The notes under the pieces were generated by a model that was given only the letters and a program-made list of their open reading frames with translations, was not told the origin of the DNA and ran no database searches. A stretch of DNA of 64,000 nucleotides, from positions 14,115 to 78,114 of the IMG/VR virus record IMGVR_UViG_3300037424_001682. One strand, given 5' to 3'. Both the position numbers and the translations under genes were made by a program. Shown here piece after piece: positions 40,610-51,590 of the stretch; the first letter of the stretch is position 1; each line of letters starts with the position of its first letter. The stretch is from a virus. Lineage: Duplodnaviria > Caudoviricetes.

Positions 40610-43600
40610 TTATCTTCGATTGTTATTTAATCCATTAAATAACCATGAGTTTGCGCCATACGGATTTCTTCTATTTACCCTAAAATCTGGTCTTTTTGAA
40701 TCTAATGTTGAATTATGTTTTTCTTTTTCTGGTCTTTCAACAATTTGATCATTATTTAATTTCATAAAAGCATCAAGTATTTTTTTTGTTTTTTCATTGT
40801 CAAACCCATAAATTTCCATATCAAAATTAAGAACGTACATACCCACACCCATACCTAATAATGAATCGTCGTGAAACGATCTTTTATGGTCAGCCATACG
40901 TGATCCTTCAACAGTTACAAAAGTTTTCATTTCATCAACCATGCGAGATGAATGAATAATAACATCTTTCATTCTAATTGCTCTTTCCATTTCGATAAGT
41001 ACGCTTGGTCGATTATTTCCAATGAAAAATCCTGGCACTAAATCTATTTTTTGTACAATTCCGTTAGCTAATGTTTTATGTATTGTTTTTAAATATGGTA
41101 ATAATCTATTTTCCATATTTTTATTTGATACATCTGAATAATGAACATTTTCATAACCCATTTCCATTAATTTTTCAGATGTATTTGCACCCCAACCACC
41201 AGTAACATCAATAATAGTGTATGCATTGTTATATTTAATTCCATATTGATAAGAAATATCAGCAAGCACTTGTGGGCTAACTTTCCCATAATATTCTGCA
41301 ACTTGTTCTGCTATTTTACGTGTAGCCTTTTTCATTTTAATTACACCATTTCTATTAACTGGTTTGGTAATTGTTTCTTCTAAAATTTTAAAAACATTTA
41401 CACTAGAATTATCTTCCCCATGTCCAGCAGAAGCATCAACTATTTGAATATATTCAGCATCTTCAATTTCATCTTCCCATATCCACATATTTTTATCCAC
41501 ATATTCCTTACGAATAGGATTACACATTTCTTCTTGTTCAATACGTTGAATATGTTCTTGTGAAATGAAGTTATCACCAGAACCTAGAAAAGAACAAAGT
41601 AATTCTTGAGCCAATTGTCTATCATTACCATTATAGTCTAAAACCATTGATTCAAACCAAGAAGATGATGCTTCATATCCATTTTTTATCATTTCTAATC
41701 TTTTTTCCTCTGACCAATGTTCATCCTTTACTCTATCTTCGGTATCTTTGCCTTTATTTTTAATCCAGACTAGATCAAAGACGCCTTTTTTTGTGTGGGT
41801 GTATCTAGGGTCATTATACCACCAAAGTTCAACAGAATTGAAATTTGACTCCCCTCTTCGAGCATCTTCAAAAGTTTTATAGAATACGCTGTCAAGCCCA
41901 TTCGGCGTATTGTGGGTAACAAACTGATTATACGTAAGTTGCATATGAAATTCATCCTTTTCTTTAGGATTTTCATTACTCATTGAAAAATCGTAAGTCC
42001 GATTTTTGGATTTTTCAATTGAAGTAATTTTAGTCCAAACCATATTCTCGTTTATAATATGATCATATTTTTCAAGAATTTGATTTGAAATATTTTCTTT
42101 TTCTGATTTAATTAAATTTAATATTGTTTTTCTCGATGTGGGTCTTATTCCTTTCTTTTTTTGAACAATATCTTTAACATTAATATTGTTTTCATTTAAA
42201 TAACTATGTATTCCATAATACATTATATCTTGACATATATCATCAATAATTTCACTTCCATTAGGAATATTATCTGAAACCCCAACATGACCTAATTTAG
42301 AAATATCATAATCATTAATAATAAATTTTTTTCTTTTCAATCTAAAACCAATTTCATCAAAATATTTTTTTGCATAAGAACCATTTGCAGTTAATCTATA
42401 TTGAGTTGATTCAACTTTAACTTTTTCGGTTTTTGGAGTAATAACTTGTTGAAATTCAGTTAAAATACCGAAATTGTTTAGTATGATTCTTAATTGTTTT
42501 ATTAATTCTAAAGATGAAAGACCAATACCAATTCTAATTTTGTTTTTTTTGGAATTATACGTTGCCCAACCATCTCCATCCATAATACCTTGCATCATTG
42601 CAACAATATTTTCTTTTGACATTTCTAAAAGACGAGATGGAATTATTTTTTGCGGTGCTTTTTTTGAGAAGTCAAATCCTAAGTATTCAAAAAATTCTGA
42701 AACATTTAGTGAACCAATTTCATAATGTAATTTATCTTTTGTATAAAAAGGAATATTTAAATTAATCAATGTATTTGAAATATCATCACCACAAGTGATT
42801 GTAATACCCTGATATTTTTTTCTTCTTTTTATACCACAACCCTCACTAATATATAATCCAATTAAATATGATAATTCTGACGTAATTACTGTTGGTTTAA
42901 AAACATTTTTAATATGATGCGATTCTGTTGGCTTAAAATCTGAACAATCATCATTAGAACCCCAAACATTAACACCCTTTTGTATTGATACATAGTCACC
43001 AATTTCTAATTCAGATGCTTTAATCCAACCATATTTATCATTTTTATATGCCCAAAATTTATGATTTTCACTTGATTCTAATTCACTATAAGTTGTTTTA
43101 ATTTTAAAAGTATCAACATAACCATTATTAAAAATAATATTAGATTTTCTGGTGTTATGAACTCCTACAAAATTAGTGTTTTTGATAATGTGTGGTCCTA
43201 ATTTTTCTGTATTAATAAAATCTTTTATTTGTTTTATTCCCTTTTCTGTGAAAACAAATGAATCTTTTGTAACACAAGAAACAAATATGGTGTTACCACC
43301 CGTTGAATTAACAGCAGGTCGGGTTGCGGTCCAGAATTGTTCTGCTCTTTCTGTCCATGCTGTTTCATCCCAAAATATTAATGTAGGTGTCGGACCACGA
43401 AGACCTTTAGATGAAAATGCTTTTAATTCAGAACCATTATCATAAATCTTATGCGTTGCAGCATCTCTACCTGTTGGTTTTCTTTGTAACCAATCAGGAC
43501 AAGATTCAATAAATCCAACAATATCAGCCATCAATTCATCACGAGCAGTATCTAATTTGTTTGCAACAATTGCGGCAGTTCTATTTTTATTAAAACTAAC

Positions 43601-44023
43601 ATACCAAGCAATATATCCACAAGTTGTTGTTGACACACCGGCCTGACGATATTTGTTAGCAATGTTTTGTTTAAATTGTTGATATGCTCTTACTAATTTT
43701 TTTTGGAATGGGAATAATTTAAATGGTACAATTTCACCTTGTTCCCCCTTTGTTTGATCAAATACTGTTAAATATGTTTCAATATAATATATTGGGTCTA
43801 ATGCACATCTAAGATATTCTTGTTTTTGTTCTTGTTTAGTTAATTCTGTGGCTAATTTAAGTTCTTTGTCATCGGTATAAATAATAGGTACAAATTTACC
43901 TTCCATTTCATCCCGCATTTTTTTCTCTCTTAATCGGAGTTCTTGTTTTTTTTCTAAATAAACATCGTTTAACGGAATAACATTAAATAATTCGCTTACA
44001 TCTTTATCTCTAATAGCAGCCAT
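40610..44023 (-). CDS. terL: Terminase large subunit (T4 gp17-like) with one intein
   Basis: KYRQAGVST; IFWDETA; FVS|TPNG; AQELLCSF; IVDASAG; HDDSL; start re-assigned to MAAIRD at 44023, 15 nt after the late motif. Confidence 0.92.
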   Translation of the reverse strand: MAAIRDKDVSELFNVIPLNDVYLEKKQELRLREKKMRDEMEGKFVPIIYTDDKELKLATELTKQEQKQEYLRCALDPIYYIETYLTVFDQTKGEQGEIVPFKLFPFQKKLVRAYQQFKQNIANKYRQAGVSTTTCGYIAWYVSFNKNRTAAIVANKLDTARDELMADIVGFIESCPDWLQRKPTGRDAATHKIYDNGSELKAFSSKGLRGPTPTLIFWDETAWTERAEQFWTATRPAVNSTGGNTIFVSCVTKDSFVFTEKGIKQIKDFINTEKLGPHIIKNTNFVGVHNTRKSNIIFNNGYVDTFKIKTTYSELESSENHKFWAYKNDKYGWIKASELEIGDYVSIQKGVNVWGSNDDCSDFKPTESHHIKNVFKPTVITSELSYLIGLYISEGCGIKRRKKYQGITITCGDDISNTLINLNIPFYTKDKLHYEIGSLNVSEFFEYLGFDFSKKAPQKIIPSRLLEMSKENIVAMMQGIMDGDGWATYNSKKNKIRIGIGLSSLELIKQLRIILNNFGILTEFQQVITPKTEKVKVESTQYRLTANGSYAKKYFDEIGFRLKRKKFIINDYDISKLGHVGVSDNIPNGSEIIDDICQDIMYYGIHSYLNENNINVKDIVQKKKGIRPTSRKTILNLIKSEKENISNQILEKYDHIINENMVWTKITSIEKSKNRTYDFSMSNENPKEKDEFHMQLTYNQFVTHNTPNGLDSVFYKTFEDARRGESNFNSVELWWYNDPRYTHTKKGVFDLVWIKNKGKDTEDRVKDEHWSEEKRLEMIKNGYEASSSWFESMVLDYNGNDRQLAQELLCSFLGSGDNFISQEHIQRIEQEEMCNPIRKEYVDKNMWIWEDEIEDAEYIQIVDASAGHGEDNSSVNVFKILEETITKPVNRNGVIKMKKATRKIAEQVAEYYGKVSPQVLADISYQYGIKYNNAYTIIDVTGGWGANTSEKLMEMGYENVHYSDVSNKNMENRLLPYLKTIHKTLANGIVQKIDLVPGFFIGNNRPSVLIEMERAIRMKDVIIHSSRMVDEMKTFVTVEGSRMADHKRSFHDDSLLGMGVGMYVLNFDMEIYGFDNEKTKKILDAFMKLNNDQIVERPEKEKHNSTLDSKRPDFRVNRRNPYGANSWLFNGLNNNRR
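41909..43276 (-). mobile_element. Intein in terminase (456 aa, LAGLIDADG)
   Basis: CVTKDS ... VTHN|T; LIGLYISEG and MMQGIMDGDG. Confidence 0.9.
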
Positions 44024-44055
44024 AAATAGTTTTTTTTTATAAATACTTATAAAAA

Positions 44056-44083
44056 AAAACCACAAGCAAAGACTTGTGGTTTT
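44056..44083. terminator. Intrinsic terminator
   Basis: AAAACCACAAG-CAAAGA-CTTGTGGTTTT. Confidence 0.75.
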
Positions 44084-44107
44084 GTAAATCAAACAATTGT
44101 TCTTTAA

Positions 44108-44575
44108 TTAAAATTTTATTTTCGTATTATGTACAAAATCGTTATTTTTCAAAATTATATCCCTTTCATAAAATATGTCAATTACTTGTGATATTGGCAT
44201 TCCAAAATGGAATACCAATAAAGGTAAATCATCATAAATCATATCAAATTCACTTTCTACGTTCAAATCCGACGAATCGTCATTTTCATATGCTAATGCA
44301 TGTATTGTATGGTATCCATGTATATATGGTCTATCATTTGCTTCATGTAAACATATTAGATCAAATAGATTAGTTTTTAAATTAAGGACTTTATCTATAT
44401 GATTTTTATCTGGTGGTTGGGCATTACTAGAGGCAGGGGAATCATCCCAACCCCAACCTTCTCCATCAACATTTTCCGTATTCTTCGCAAAAATAAACTG
44501 ATACATGCCCTCTCCCATTGCATCATAGCCAATTTTATGTACATATATCAGTTTTTCTTCATTAGGGTTTCCCAT
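44108..44575 (-). CDS. Hypothetical protein upstream of terminase
   Basis: 155 aa ORF in late operon. Confidence 0.6.
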   Translation of the reverse strand: MGNPNEEKLIYVHKIGYDAMGEGMYQFIFAKNTENVDGEGWGWDDSPASSNAQPPDKNHIDKVLNLKTNLFDLICLHEANDRPYIHGYHTIHALAYENDDSSDLNVESEFDMIYDDLPLLVFHFGMPISQVIDIFYERDIILKNNDFVHNTKIKF

Positions 44576-47343
44576 TATTTTCCTATTTTCTTGCCAACAA
44601 CATCTTGATATAATTTAAGTTGTTCGCTAATTATTTTATCTAACAATTTTGAAGTTTTAGATTTTTCGTTTTCATTAAGACTTGGTTTTCTTTTACCTAA
44701 CGCCTCTTCAATTTTATTTCGAATGATTTTTCTTAATTTTTCTTCTTCATTCATTGTTACAATTACTTTACCTGTTTGTAAATCAACATCTACTGATTTT
44801 TGTTTTGCAGTTTCAGGTTTTACAACACCAGCACCCATTACTTCACCGCCCAAACCAAACGATGGTTCTGGTTTCTTTGGTTTATTAGTTAAGTCAAGAA
44901 TTTCAATTTCATCATCATTAGTTTCTGGTTCATCAAATTCAACACTGGCATCATCGGATGGGTCTTCATCGTCTTCTCCCATTAATGGGTCGACAGTTGG
45001 TTCATATGAACCGAATTTAACACCACCTTCACCAATGTTCTTTATAAATGGTTCTGCTTGTGCAACATAATCACCATGACCATAATCTGCAACATCACTT
45101 TTCACTTGCGGATCTGCTAAATAAATTGCAACACCTTCAAAGTCACCATCATTCATACCTTCTTTGTGAGCATCAGCATATCCAGAAATCAAGTCAGCCA
45201 TTTCCATTCCAGAACATTCACTAACATTCATTCCTCTACCTTGAACATATGATTCAAACGTACCACATTCAGCACATTCTTCATTATCTTCAATACCTAA
45301 TTTGCCAGCAACATCGCCATCAATTATTTCATCACCATCTACAGTCATTGGAGTGTCTTCTTCCACACCGCCTTCTGCACCACCTAGATCAGAAATTTGC
45401 TGATCAATAGCAGCATCGGTATTTTCTTCACCACCACTATCAGGAGCCATTTCTTCACCACCTTGATCATTCATACCTTCACCAGCAGTTACTTTTTCAA
45501 TTTTATCGCTCCATTCTTGACCTTTTTGAGCACCAGCTTTAGCTAAGTTTTTCTCAAAATTACCAATCAATGCAGTAAAAATTTCATCTGTTTTGTTTAC
45601 ATCCAAATTAGCATCTTGTACAGCATGTCCAAGTTTACCTGCTAATTTTTCAATTTCTTTAATCATAGGGTCTTCTGATTCACCGCCAGCATCGGGTGTA
45701 GCATTAACATCAACTTCGCTATCCGTTTCATTTTCCCCACCATCTTCTGGTTCTGTTTCGCTATCCATATTGATCTCCGCATCGGAAGTGGGATCATCAT
45801 CAACACCCAAATCAAGGCTATCAACATCAATATCAGAAGGAACTTCTTCTGCATCTGCTTGTGCATCTACAGCATCAAGTTCGTTTTCTTTTTCTGCTGC
45901 TGCTGCAAGAGTATCTTCAACACCTTCTCTAATATTAGTTTTATTTGCTAAAGAATTATCTGGTTCTAATTCAGAATCAGCAACAATTAATGATTCACCA
46001 CTTTTTTTTGGTGCAGGATTAGATTCATTTGCAAGAGACTTTTCTGGCTCCAATTCAGAATCAGAAACGATTAATGATTCACCAGATTTTTTTGGCGCAG
46101 GATTGGTTTTATTCGCTAATGAGCTAGCAGGGTCTGCTTGAGAATCTTCTGTTGATAACGCCTCACCTTCTGCAACAATTGAACCGTTTTGTTTAATTGG
46201 TTTTAATTGAGCACCCTTTGCCTCTTTTTGACCTTTATTTGGTTGATTATAGTTATTATACGGTGCTTCTGGTTTAGTGGTTACTTTTTTACTTTGTGAA
46301 ACAGAATCTTCGATATCTTGTTCAGAATCTTCTGTAGAAATGTCTTCTCCTTCGTTTACACTTCCACCAGCATTGTTTTTATCTGCTTCTTTTTTAGCAT
46401 TAACATCATTGATAGGTGCTTGAGCACCTTCTTTTTTGTCTTTTTTATTTGGAAGAATTTCATTGTCAGAAACTTCTGAATCAGCAGTAGAAAGAACTTC
46501 ATTTTCATTAACAGCAATTGATTTACCAGAAACGGGTTTTGCTGGTATTTTATCTTTACCAGTTGCTTTATCTGCCATTTTCTTAGCATTACTATCATTA
46601 ATAGGTGCTTGAGGATTTTCCTTCCCTTTTTTGTTGGCAATTTCGTCTTTTTCAGAGATTTCAGAATCCTCAGTAGAAAGAACCTTTCCTGTTTTAGTGT
46701 TAACAGCATTTGCTTTTTGTGCAACAGAATCACTATTAACAATTTCAGAATCAGCAGTAGATAAATCGTTTTCTTCTGTAATTAAACCCATTGCTTTTCT
46801 GATTTCAGTTAAAGCAGTTTCGTTCATCAAACCACCAGTTTTCTTTGAAATTTCGTCTTTTTCTTTTATTAATGAAGATTTAAATTTTTCTTCTCTACCA
46901 TCATTAATGTTTTTTTTTCCTTCTGAAATTCTGTTTCGCAAAAATGAATACTTATCGTCTTTATAATCCAACGGGTTTTTTTCTTGCTTAATTTCTTCAT
47001 TAACTAAATATGCTTTACCTGTTAATGAAAATGCTTCATTTAAAGATTTAAGTTTATAATTTCTTTGTTTTTGTGCTTCACTAAGAGTTTTGAATTGATT
47101 CTCGGCTTTGTTTCTGAAACCACCAATATAGCCGAAGTCAGCAACAGTTAGATTTTCCCCCTTTACTTTAGAAACTTTAACATGATAATCGTGATTTTCT
47201 TTTACTATGCCAAGCGCAATGCCATCATTGGCTCTTTCTATATCAATTAGCGTAGAATTGTTTAGACTGATATTTTCGTTTACTTTTTTATCAGTACCTG
47301 CTAACTGATTTAATCTCTTATAAAATTGTTGCGAATTTGCCAT
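44575..47343 (-). CDS. Large acidic repeat-containing protein, probable prohead core/internal head protein
   Basis: 922 aa, D/E-rich, seven internal repeats, late motif at 47397. Confidence 0.6.
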   Translation of the reverse strand: MANSQQFYKRLNQLAGTDKKVNENISLNNSTLIDIERANDGIALGIVKENHDYHVKVSKVKGENLTVADFGYIGGFRNKAENQFKTLSEAQKQRNYKLKSLNEAFSLTGKAYLVNEEIKQEKNPLDYKDDKYSFLRNRISEGKKNINDGREEKFKSSLIKEKDEISKKTGGLMNETALTEIRKAMGLITEENDLSTADSEIVNSDSVAQKANAVNTKTGKVLSTEDSEISEKDEIANKKGKENPQAPINDSNAKKMADKATGKDKIPAKPVSGKSIAVNENEVLSTADSEVSDNEILPNKKDKKEGAQAPINDVNAKKEADKNNAGGSVNEGEDISTEDSEQDIEDSVSQSKKVTTKPEAPYNNYNQPNKGQKEAKGAQLKPIKQNGSIVAEGEALSTEDSQADPASSLANKTNPAPKKSGESLIVSDSELEPEKSLANESNPAPKKSGESLIVADSELEPDNSLANKTNIREGVEDTLAAAAEKENELDAVDAQADAEEVPSDIDVDSLDLGVDDDPTSDAEINMDSETEPEDGGENETDSEVDVNATPDAGGESEDPMIKEIEKLAGKLGHAVQDANLDVNKTDEIFTALIGNFEKNLAKAGAQKGQEWSDKIEKVTAGEGMNDQGGEEMAPDSGGEENTDAAIDQQISDLGGAEGGVEEDTPMTVDGDEIIDGDVAGKLGIEDNEECAECGTFESYVQGRGMNVSECSGMEMADLISGYADAHKEGMNDGDFEGVAIYLADPQVKSDVADYGHGDYVAQAEPFIKNIGEGGVKFGSYEPTVDPLMGEDDEDPSDDASVEFDEPETNDDEIEILDLTNKPKKPEPSFGLGGEVMGAGVVKPETAKQKSVDVDLQTGKVIVTMNEEEKLRKIIRNKIEEALGKRKPSLNENEKSKTSKLLDKIISEQLKLYQDVVGKKIGK
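45935..46775 (-). repeat. Seven degenerate coding repeats (LST(A/E)DSE / LIV(S/A)DSE ... LANK)
   Basis: Visible in translation; near-tandem 28-aa units GESLIVSDSELEPEKSLANESNPAPKKS. Confidence 0.75.
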
Positions 47344-47446
47344 TTTTATTTTTTTATTTTAAAACAAATTAATTCTTATGTAAATTACATTTTTTTATAA
47401 ATACTAAATTACTTTGAAAAAATAATTATTTGGTGTAGAATATAAA

Positions 47447-47472
47447 AAAAAAGGGAAAAATTTCCCTTTTTT
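47447..47472. terminator. Intrinsic terminator
   Basis: AAAAGGGAAA-AA-TTTCCCTTTT. Confidence 0.65.
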
Positions 47473-47493
47473 GGTTCATTTTTTCAGTATTAA

Positions 47494-47754
47494 TTACAAA
47501 TTATCTCGTGCTGAAATAAGTATTTTTTTATCAACACCTTTTTTTATTAATGATTCAGCAACTATTTTTGTTATTTTACCTTTTTTATAATATGGTTTAA
47601 TTAATGAAATCATTGCAGAATTATGTTTGCTTTCATTAAGATTTTTTTTCGCTTTTTCTAATTTCTCAAAAATTTCATTAATAAGTTTTCGCTCTTCTTT
47701 TTTTCTTTCAAAAAGTGCAATCATTTGTTCTTGAGTAATAAAATATTTTTTCAT
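47494..47754 (-). CDS. Small basic hypothetical protein
   Basis: 86 aa, overlaps upstream stop. Confidence 0.55.
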   Translation of the reverse strand: MKKYFITQEQMIALFERKKEERKLINEIFEKLEKAKKNLNESKHNSAMISLIKPYYKKGKITKIVAESLIKKGVDKKILISARDNL

Positions 47755-48866
47755 TATTTGTCAATATTTCCATCCATTGTTCCACTTGTATATATGGAAT
47801 TATTTTCTAATGATAATTCTTTGGTTAATCCTTCTTTTTTCATTTCGGCCAATTTTTCTAAATAACCACTATGGCGTAAACCTTTGAATACTAGATTTTC
47901 AGTTGAAAATTCACCACCATCTTCTAATCCTGCTTTTCTATATTCCTTTAATTTATCCATAAATTTATCAATAGTATTATTTTTTTCGTCGCCGTCTTCA
48001 TATTCTTCAATATCATTAATCATTTTAGCAATATGGTTTGCTTTTTGTTTAATATTGTTAATATCAATAGCAACCATTTCTTTTATTGGTTTTGTTAGCC
48101 ATTTGTCTAATCTTATTGAATAAACACCTGTCGATGTATGTGGTTCGTTTATGTTTTGAATATACATTTCAACATCGTGGCCTTTAACTTTAATTGGCAT
48201 TCTTTCACCCCATAATGATTTTTTTGTTCGAAAATAATCATCTAAAAATTCCTCATCTTGTCCTAATTGAGAAAAATCGAGTAATAAATGAATGTCTAAA
48301 TCTGAATTTTCGGTCCAGTTATAATTTGCAAGCGAACCAGTTAAAATAACATCTTTAAATTTAACATTTTCCATTTCAAGGAATTTGATAAATGCTAACG
48401 CATTTTTTATTAATGCTATCCTAACATCTGGATTCATTTTATCACCATTCCAAATTTTAGGACATAGTTCATCTTTTTTCTTTAAATTTTCAACATCAAA
48501 ATCACCAGTTTCCATTATTTCATTAATGACTTCGGTAATGGTTTTTTTCTTTAAATTTTTTCCTTCAATACGTTTAATTTCTTCAATACGCATTCCTTTT
48601 TTTTGAAAATATGGGCCAATATCTATTTTAACATCATCTGTTTGCATTCCTAAAATATTAGAAAGTTTACTAGCCCCAAGATCAAAATGAGAAACGGTAT
48701 TATTACCTTTCATACCAAAATATTCGACTAAAACATTAACTATTTCTGTTGCTTTTGATTTAATATTGGGACCATATAATTCCACTAAGTAATCGAAAAA
48801 TTCATTTACTTCTTCTTCTTTCATTACTCTTTCTTGTGGTTTATCAATAGCTACGTTGAAATTCAT
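47754..48866 (-). CDS. Pol-beta superfamily nucleotidyltransferase
   Basis: VILTGSLANYNW...SDLDIHL (GS...DxD) plus third acidic strand VEMY. Confidence 0.8.
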   Translation of the reverse strand: MNFNVAIDKPQERVMKEEEVNEFFDYLVELYGPNIKSKATEIVNVLVEYFGMKGNNTVSHFDLGASKLSNILGMQTDDVKIDIGPYFQKKGMRIEEIKRIEGKNLKKKTITEVINEIMETGDFDVENLKKKDELCPKIWNGDKMNPDVRIALIKNALAFIKFLEMENVKFKDVILTGSLANYNWTENSDLDIHLLLDFSQLGQDEEFLDDYFRTKKSLWGERMPIKVKGHDVEMYIQNINEPHTSTGVYSIRLDKWLTKPIKEMVAIDINNIKQKANHIAKMINDIEEYEDGDEKNNTIDKFMDKLKEYRKAGLEDGGEFSTENLVFKGLRHSGYLEKLAEMKKEGLTKELSLENNSIYTSGTMDGNIDK

Positions 48867-49387
48867 TACTTTGTTTTTTTGAATGTTTTTGCTAAATTTA
48901 ATTGACGTTTAAATTCTCTATCATCCGCACTCATTTTTTCTCCTTCTTTATATTTTGCATCTATTTTTTTTATTTCTGAATTAATTCTTTCCATTGGAAT
49001 ATCATCTTCTTCTGGAATACCTAATTTTTTACTCAAAGCACCTTTATGCTTAACAGCACTTTGCATCCATTTATCTTCATTTTCGCTCATTGGTTGGTAA
49101 GATTCCCCTATAAATCTTTTTGCATTATCTAAGCCAAGGGATAATCTTTTCTTAATATTAGCGATGTCGGTAGAAAATTCAGGCGATTGTTGTAACATAT
49201 TATCTAAATAACGCATGGTTTCTTCAATATTGCTAACCAGATTTCTAATAATGCCTTCGCCAACACCTGATTTTTCAGCATACATATTACTACTAACCCC
49301 TTGATCACTATAAATATCTTCTTTTAATGGCATACCTCCGATTTTCTTCATTCTTTCGAATAGTAGAGTTTTGTTTGATTTTTCCAT
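48866..49387 (-). CDS. Hypothetical protein
   Basis: 173 aa; late motif at about 49405. Confidence 0.55.
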   Translation of the reverse strand: MEKSNKTLLFERMKKIGGMPLKEDIYSDQGVSSNMYAEKSGVGEGIIRNLVSNIEETMRYLDNMLQQSPEFSTDIANIKKRLSLGLDNAKRFIGESYQPMSENEDKWMQSAVKHKGALSKKLGIPEEDDIPMERINSEIKKIDAKYKEGEKMSADDREFKRQLNLAKTFKKTK

Positions 49388-49461
49388 AGCACATTATACT
49401 TTTTTATAAATACATGATAAATTGCGAAACAGATATGTATTTATAAAAAAGAAACGACATA

Positions 49462-51555
49462 ATGGATTTAAATTGTTTAAATGGGATAATAACTGATAAT
49501 CTAGCAATACACATTGATTTAACTAACGAAAAATCGTGGGATTATAACACAGGATTTACTTCTGTTAGTTTAACTAAATGGAAAAATGCCGTATCTGACA
49601 ATCTTAATTTATATGATTTTGGATTAACAGGATATGATAACGGAAGAGTAGATAGAATGTACAGTGGATTAACGTTTACACCTCAAGATACCAACGTTAC
49701 TCTTTATCGCGTAGGTTATAATCAATGTATTTCACCATATAGTGGTGATACTATGTATGATTTGTATCCATTATCTGCCATCACTACAGAAGATGTTGGT
49801 AATTATTTTGCATTAAGTGGAGGATATTTACAAGGATTTTTTAAATTAGAAAAATACAATTTCGAACAATTTCCATCAAGATATAATTATGGCATAACTA
49901 TTGAAACAATAATAAATCTTTATTCTGATTCTTCTGGAATATTCTATCATATGGGTTTACGTGCTGAAGATAAATATAATGATTATTTTTCTGGCGAAAC
50001 AAAAAAAACAATTTCAACCCAGTATGAAACAGTAAATACTGGTGTTAGTGGTCCTAATGCAATTATTTCTGAAACAATCACTGGTTGGTCTGGTGTATCA
50101 ACAAGTGAAAATCATTATTTACATGAATATGTCGAAAAAGAAGTATTAAAAAACGCATTTGGTTCATTAGATGATGGATTGAATATGGAACAAGATTGGG
50201 TAAAAGTTAATCAATCCGCAAATACAAAAAATAACATAATTGCATTTGGTATTACTGACGATAAAAGATTATACTATCAATTAATTGATGGAAATAATTT
50301 AATAAGATTCAATACTTCATCAAATCAGTTAAATATAATAAGTGGATGGACAATAATCGCAATTTCATTTACCCCTGATGGACCAATAGCAAATTATGAT
50401 CCAACAATGCCTAATTGTTATCCAAGAAGAAAAGGTACATTATCATTTTATGTAAATGGAAGATTATTTTGGAAAGAAAAGGATTTTGATGAATTTTATT
50501 TTAGAGCAATTGGTAATGATAGAGAAAAACAATTAGGCGTACCATATAACATTTCATGGGGTGGTGGTAGTTACGGATTAAAACATTCTTGTCATTATGA
50601 TATTGATACGCATAATTTATATAGTGGTGAAACCACACAATATATTTTAGATTATTTTATCTCTAAATTATATCCTTTTAATATAAACCCACATACTGGT
50701 GCAACTTTTGGTGAAATTACATTTAGTGGTGATAGTAATACTTTTGTAGATCAAAATAACGATCCGATAACCGTATTTAGAGTAGATTATACTGGTACTA
50801 CAGCACAAACACCTTCAAATCAATATTATATCGAACATACCGAACCGTTTGAAATATTATCAAACAGAGAATATAATTTATCAGTAAAAATATATGATAC
50901 CGGTATTTTTAATAAATACGATAGTAATAATAGTGTTACTAACAATAGTATTTCATTAATTGTTTATGGTACAGAAGACATCGAAATAATTAGTGAAACA
51001 AAATATAAAAATCCTATAACACCATCCGATAATAATCTGGCAGCACAAAATGCACCATATCCAATTCTTTCACAAGAATATCAATATTATGATCCAATTA
51101 GTGGATTACTTATTAGTGGGCCAACCGGTTATCCTGCAAATGTTCCAGAAAATCAAGAACAAATAAATAGATTGGCAGCTATTGGTGTTGTAACTGGAAC
51201 AAATAAATGGAATACATTAAACTTGAAATTTAAATTAAAAGATAATAGTGCAGTACAAACAATTTTTATTGGATTATTAATTAATTCAAACGTAAATTTA
51301 AAAAACGATTTCACTTTCTTTATTAATGATTGGAAATATTCTGGTTCTGATGCATTAAATAAAGATATAAGAAAAGATGATTTATTAATTCAACAAAATT
51401 TTGATAAATCATTTAATGGTGGAATTCAAAAATTAAGAATTTATGATGTGGCTTTTAATTCACAGCAAATATTGCATAATGCAATTGTTGAATCACAAGG
51501 CAATTCTGCATATAATTTAATTATTCAAAGAGGGGGAAGAATTATATATAGATAA
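49462..51555 (+). CDS. Virion structural protein with LamG/concanavalin-like segments
   Basis: W..IAISF...L.FYVNG and FNGGIQKLRIYD.A patterns; late motif at about 49436. Confidence 0.6.
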   Translation: MDLNCLNGIITDNLAIHIDLTNEKSWDYNTGFTSVSLTKWKNAVSDNLNLYDFGLTGYDNGRVDRMYSGLTFTPQDTNVTLYRVGYNQCISPYSGDTMYDLYPLSAITTEDVGNYFALSGGYLQGFFKLEKYNFEQFPSRYNYGITIETIINLYSDSSGIFYHMGLRAEDKYNDYFSGETKKTISTQYETVNTGVSGPNAIISETITGWSGVSTSENHYLHEYVEKEVLKNAFGSLDDGLNMEQDWVKVNQSANTKNNIIAFGITDDKRLYYQLIDGNNLIRFNTSSNQLNIISGWTIIAISFTPDGPIANYDPTMPNCYPRRKGTLSFYVNGRLFWKEKDFDEFYFRAIGNDREKQLGVPYNISWGGGSYGLKHSCHYDIDTHNLYSGETTQYILDYFISKLYPFNINPHTGATFGEITFSGDSNTFVDQNNDPITVFRVDYTGTTAQTPSNQYYIEHTEPFEILSNREYNLSVKIYDTGIFNKYDSNNSVTNNSISLIVYGTEDIEIISETKYKNPITPSDNNLAAQNAPYPILSQEYQYYDPISGLLISGPTGYPANVPENQEQINRLAAIGVVTGTNKWNTLNLKFKLKDNSAVQTIFIGLLINSNVNLKNDFTFFINDWKYSGSDALNKDIRKDDLLIQQNFDKSFNGGIQKLRIYDVAFNSQQILHNAIVESQGNSAYNLIIQRGGRIIYR

Positions 51556-51590
51556 TGTTGACAATTAAATATTTTTAACATAAATTTGTA

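Noticed and set aside
44024-44092. Terminase N-terminal extension MIYKTTSLCLW
   Set aside because: Runs through a terminator hairpin and the late promoter; MAAIRD at 44023 is more plausible
45935-46775. Repeats as a CRISPR array
   Set aside because: Units are in frame, degenerate at third positions and lack constant repeat/unique spacer structure; no cas genes
44723-46966. Several long antisense ORFs (44723, 45593, 46631) over the acidic repeat gene, and similar shadows over capsid and portal
   Set aside because: Ser/Phe-rich mirror translations of the real gene, expected from biased codon use
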